From NCBI RefSeq assembly GCF_964213995.1, contig NW_027590122.1, forward strand, positions 1,922,001 to 1,986,000: a stretch of DNA of 64,000 bases, read 5' to 3'. Position 1 is the first letter of the stretch, and each line of letters opens with the position of its first letter. This DNA is from Mustelus asterias. Its lineage: Eukaryota. This document shows positions 60,918-64,000 of the stretch, one piece after another. A program made the translations under genes and the position numbers. The notes under the pieces were generated by a model, which was given only the letters and a program-made list of their open reading frames with translations, did not search any database and was not told where the DNA came from.

Positions 60918-63737
60918 CTAAACCAATTTCTTTTCGTCCATGAACCTATCTACGGATCTCTTAAACGCCCCCAAACTAGGCGCATTTACTACTGATGCTG
61001 GCAGGGCATTCCAATCCCTCACCACCCTCTGGGTAAAGAACCTACCCCTGACATCGGTTCTATAACTACCCCCCCTCAATTTAAAGCCATGCCCCCTCGT
61101 GCTGGATTTCTCCATCAGAGGAAAAAGGCTATCACTATCCACCCTATCTAAACCTCTAATCATCTTATATGTTTCAATAAGATCCCCTCTTAGCCGCCGC
61201 CTTTCCAGCGAAAACAATCCCAAATCCCTCAGCCTCTCCTCATAGGATCTCCCCTCCATACCAGGCAACATCCTGGTAAACCTCCTCTGCACCCTCTCCA
61301 AAGCCTCCACATCCTTCCTGTAATGTGGGGACCAGAACTGCACACAGTACTCCAAGTGCGGCCGCACCAGAGTTGTGTACAGTTGCAACATAACGCTACG
61401 ACTCCTAAATTCAATCCCCCTACCAATAAACGCCAAGACACCATATGCCTTCTTAACAACCTTATCTACTTGATTCCCAACTTTCAGGGATCTATGCACA
61501 CATACACCTAGATCCCTCTGCTCCTCCACACTATTCAAAGTCCTCCCGTTAGCCCTATACTCAACACATCTGTTATTCCTACCAAAGTGAATTACCTCAC
61601 ACTTCTCCGCATTAAACTCCATCCGCCACCTCTCGGCCCAACTTTGCAACCTGTCTAAGTCTTCCTGCAAACTACGACACCCTTCCTCACTGTCTACCAC
61701 ACCACCGACTTTGGTGTCATCAGCAAATTTGCTAATCCACCCAACTATACCCTCATCCAGATCATTAATAAATATTACAAACAGCAGTGGCCCCAAAACA
61801 GATCCCTGAGGTACACCACTTGTAACCGCACTCCATGATGAATATTTACTATCAACCACCACCCTCTGTTTCCTATCCGCTAGCCAATTCCTGATCCAAT
61901 TTCCTAGATCACCCCCAATCCCATACATCTGCATTTTCTGCAGAAGCCTACCATGGTGAACCTTATCAAACGCCTTACTAAAATCCATATATACCACGTC
62001 CACTGCCTTGCCCCCATCCACCTCCTTGGTCACTTTCTCAAAAAACTCAATAAGGTTAGTAAGGCACGACCTACCTGCCACAAAACCATGCTGACTATCA
62101 CCTATCAATTCATTACTCTCCAAATAACTATAAATCCTATCCCTTATAATTTTTTCCAACATCTTGCCGACAACAGAAGTGAGACTCACCGGTCTATAAT
62201 TCCCGGGGAAGTCTCTGTTCCCCTTCTTAAACAATGGGACAACATTCGCTAACCTCCAATCTTCTGGTACTATACCAGAGGCCAACGACGACCTGAAGAT
62301 CAGAGCCAGAGGCTCTGCAATCACTTCTCTTGCCTCCCAGAGAATCCTTGGATAAATCCCATCCGGACCAGGGGATTTATCTATTTTCAGACCCTCCAGA
62401 ATATCCTGCACATCCTCCTTATCAACTGTAATACTGTCTATTCTACTCCCTTGCAACCCAGTGTCCTCCTCAGCTATATTCATGTCCCCTTGCGTGAACA
62501 CCGAAGAGAAATATTGGTTCAATGCTTCACCAATCTCCTCCGGTTCCACACATAACTTCCCTCTGCCATCTATAACTGGCCCTAAACTTGCCCTAACCAA
62601 CCTTCTGTTCTTGACATACCTATAGAACGCCTTAGGATTCTCTTTAACCCTATCCGCCAAAGTCTTCTCATGTCCCCTTTTAGCCCTTCTAAGCTCGCTC
62701 TTCAACTCCCTCTTAGCCAATCTAAAGCTTTCTAGTGCACTACCCGAGTGCTCACGTCTCATCCGAACATAAGCCTCCTTTTTCTTTTTAACCAACAAAG
62801 AAACCTTTTTGGTGCACCACGGTTCCCTAGCCCTACCAATTCCTCCTTGCCTGACAGGGACATACCTATCACAGACTCGCAGTAGCTGCTCCTTGAAAAA
62901 ACTCCACATGTCGGACGTTCCCAGTCCCTGTAATCTCCTAGTCCAACCTATGTTTCCTAATTCTCTCCTAATAGCCTCATAATTACCCTTCCCCCAGCTA
63001 AAACCACTGGCCCGAGGTTCATGCCTATCCCTTTCCATCACTAAGGTGAACGTAACCGAATTGTGGTCACTATCACCAAAATGCACACCAACTTCCAAGT
63101 CTAGCACCTGGTCTGGCTCATTTCCCAGCACCAGATCCAATATAGCCTCACCTCTAGTTGGCCTGTCTACATACTGAGTCAAAAAACCTTCCTGCACGCT
63201 TTGAACAAAAACTGACCCCTCTAACGAGCTAGAGCTATAACAATTCCAGTCAATATTAGTCAAGTTAAAATCCCCCATAACAATTGCCCTATTACTTTCA
63301 CTCCTAAGCAGGATTGACTCCGCAATCCTTTCCTCAACCTCTCTAGAACTTTTAGGAGGTCTATAAAAGACTCCCAACAGGGTGACCTCTCCTCTCCTAT
63401 TTCTAATCTCCGCCCATACTACCTCAACAGATAAGTCCTCATCAAACCTCCTCTCTGACACTGTGATACAATCTCTGACCAATAATGCTACCCCTCCCCC
63501 TCTTCGACCTCCTTCCCTACTTCGACTAAAACATTTGAACCCCGGGACCTGCAGCATCCATTCCTGCCCCTGCTCTATCCATGTCTCTGAAATAGCCACA
63601 ACATCGAAGTCCCAGGTACTGATCCACGCTGCAAGTTCACCCACTTTATTGCGAATACTCCTGGCATTGAAGTATACACATTTCAAACCCTGCTCCACCC
63701 CACCTCTGCAATGCCGTGCATTGCAGTCCCCATCCAT
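60918..63737 (-). CDS. CR1 ORF2: AP-endonuclease plus reverse transcriptase
   Basis: NARS, ISETW, GDFN and SDH endonuclease motifs; PQGSVLGP and FADD RT motifs; 939 aa uninterrupted. Confidence 0.95.
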   Translation of the reverse strand: MDGDCNARHCRGGVEQGLKCVYFNARSIRNKVGELAAWISTWDFDVVAISETWIEQGQEWMLQVPGFKCFSRSREGGRRGGGVALLVRDCITVSERRFDEDLSVEVVWAEIRNRRGEVTLLGVFYRPPKSSREVEERIAESILLRSESNRAIVMGDFNLTNIDWNCYSSSSLEGSVFVQSVQEGFLTQYVDRPTRGEAILDLVLGNEPDQVLDLEVGVHFGDSDHNSVTFTLVMERDRHEPRASGFSWGKGNYEAIRRELGNIGWTRRLQGLGTSDMWSFFKEQLLRVCDRYVPVRQGGIGRAREPWCTKKVSLLVKKKKEAYVRMRREHSGSALESFRLAKRELKSELRRAKRGHEKTLADRVKENPKAFYRYVKNRRLVRASLGPVIDGRGKLCVEPEEIGEALNQYFSSVFTQGDMNIAEEDTGLQGSRIDSITVDKEDVQDILEGLKIDKSPGPDGIYPRILWEAREVIAEPLALIFRSSLASGIVPEDWRLANVVPLFKKGNRDFPGNYRPVSLTSVVGKMLEKIIRDRIYSYLESNELIGDSQHGFVAGRSCLTNLIEFFEKVTKEVDGGKAVDVVYMDFSKAFDKVHHGRLLQKMQMYGIGGDLGNWIRNWLADRKQRVVVDSKYSSWSAVTSGVPQGSVLGPLLFVIFINDLDEGIVGWISKFADDTKVGGVVDSEEGCRSLQEDLDRLQSWAERWRMEFNAEKCEVIHFGRNNRCVEYRANGRTLNSVEEQRDLGVCVHRSLKVGNQVDKVVKKAYGVLAFIGRGIEFRSRSVMLQLYTTLVRPHLEYCVQFWSPHYRKDVEALERVQRRFTRMLPGMEGRSYEERLRDLGLFSLERRRLRGDLIETYKMIRGLDRVDSDSLFPLMEKSSTRGHGFKLRGGSYRTDVRGRFFTQRVVRDWNALPASVVNAPSLGAFKRSVDRFMDEKKLV

Positions 63738-63788
63738 GCATCCCTCACTTTCAGCCCCACTACTCAGGATCCCTCCCCCCCCCCCGAA

Positions 63789-64000
63789 TCAGTTTAAACC
63801 TCCCTGCATGGCCTTAGCAAATTTACCCCCCAGGATATTGGTCCCCTTCTGATTAAGGTGTAGACCATCCTTCTCATAGAGGTCACACCTTCCCCAGTAC
63901 GAGCCCCAATTGCTTAAGTACCTGAACCCCTCCCTCCTGCACCATCCCCTCAGCCATGAATTCAAACCTTCCCTCTCCCTATTCCTCTCTAAACTATCCC
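63789..64000 (-). CDS. CR1 ORF1 C-terminus (SGNH/GDSL esterase-like), partial
   Basis: Manual translation ...LNSWLRGWCRREGFRYL..DLYEKDGLHLNQKG..GGLN*; DxxH catalytic block. Confidence 0.85.
   Translation of the reverse strand, partial: DSLERNREREGLNSWLRGWCRREGFRYLSNWGSYWGRCDLYEKDGLHLNQKGTNILGGKFAKAMQGGLN

Larger units (their letters stand above)
60827..64000 (-). mobile_element. Young CR1-clade LINE (continues past the window end)
   Basis: ORF1 end, intact ORF2, short 3'UTR and (TTCTATG)n tail. Confidence 0.96.

Overview
Eukaryotic DNA, almost certainly from a shark. The evidence is HE1-type tRNA SINEs, HER1/CR1-type LINEs, DeuSINE and Penelope repeats; the species cannot be fixed from sequence alone. 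The window is part of a tandem cluster of C2H2 zinc-finger genes that have a single coding exon and no visible KRAB, SCAN or BTB domain. Four copies look intact (29.2, 41.3, 53.2 and 57.5-58.7 kb), one is truncated but open (5.1 kb), five are disabled or lack a start codon (11.5, 21.2, 24.8, 35.6 and 45.1 kb), and several leader-only fragments remain. Most units use the same parts: a CpG promoter with NRF1/YY1/CCAAT/GC-box motifs, a conserved splice-acceptor block, a leader of fossil fingers carrying shared TGA codons, and a conserved atypical first finger (PWKC..CGKGFxxPSxLExH). The genes are interleaved with CR1, Rex1, RTE, L2 and Penelope elements and three SINE families. Other highlights: a young CR1 with an intact 939-aa ORF2 inserted into a ZNF promoter, with a UUUAAAC slippery site at its ORF1 stop; Penelope minimal hammerhead ribozymes of two families; a 13-copy 67-bp palindromic array; and a decayed retroviral-type pol (RNase H plus integrase) not visible in the ORF track. 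Repeat boundaries were read by eye and are approximate (about +/-20 bp).
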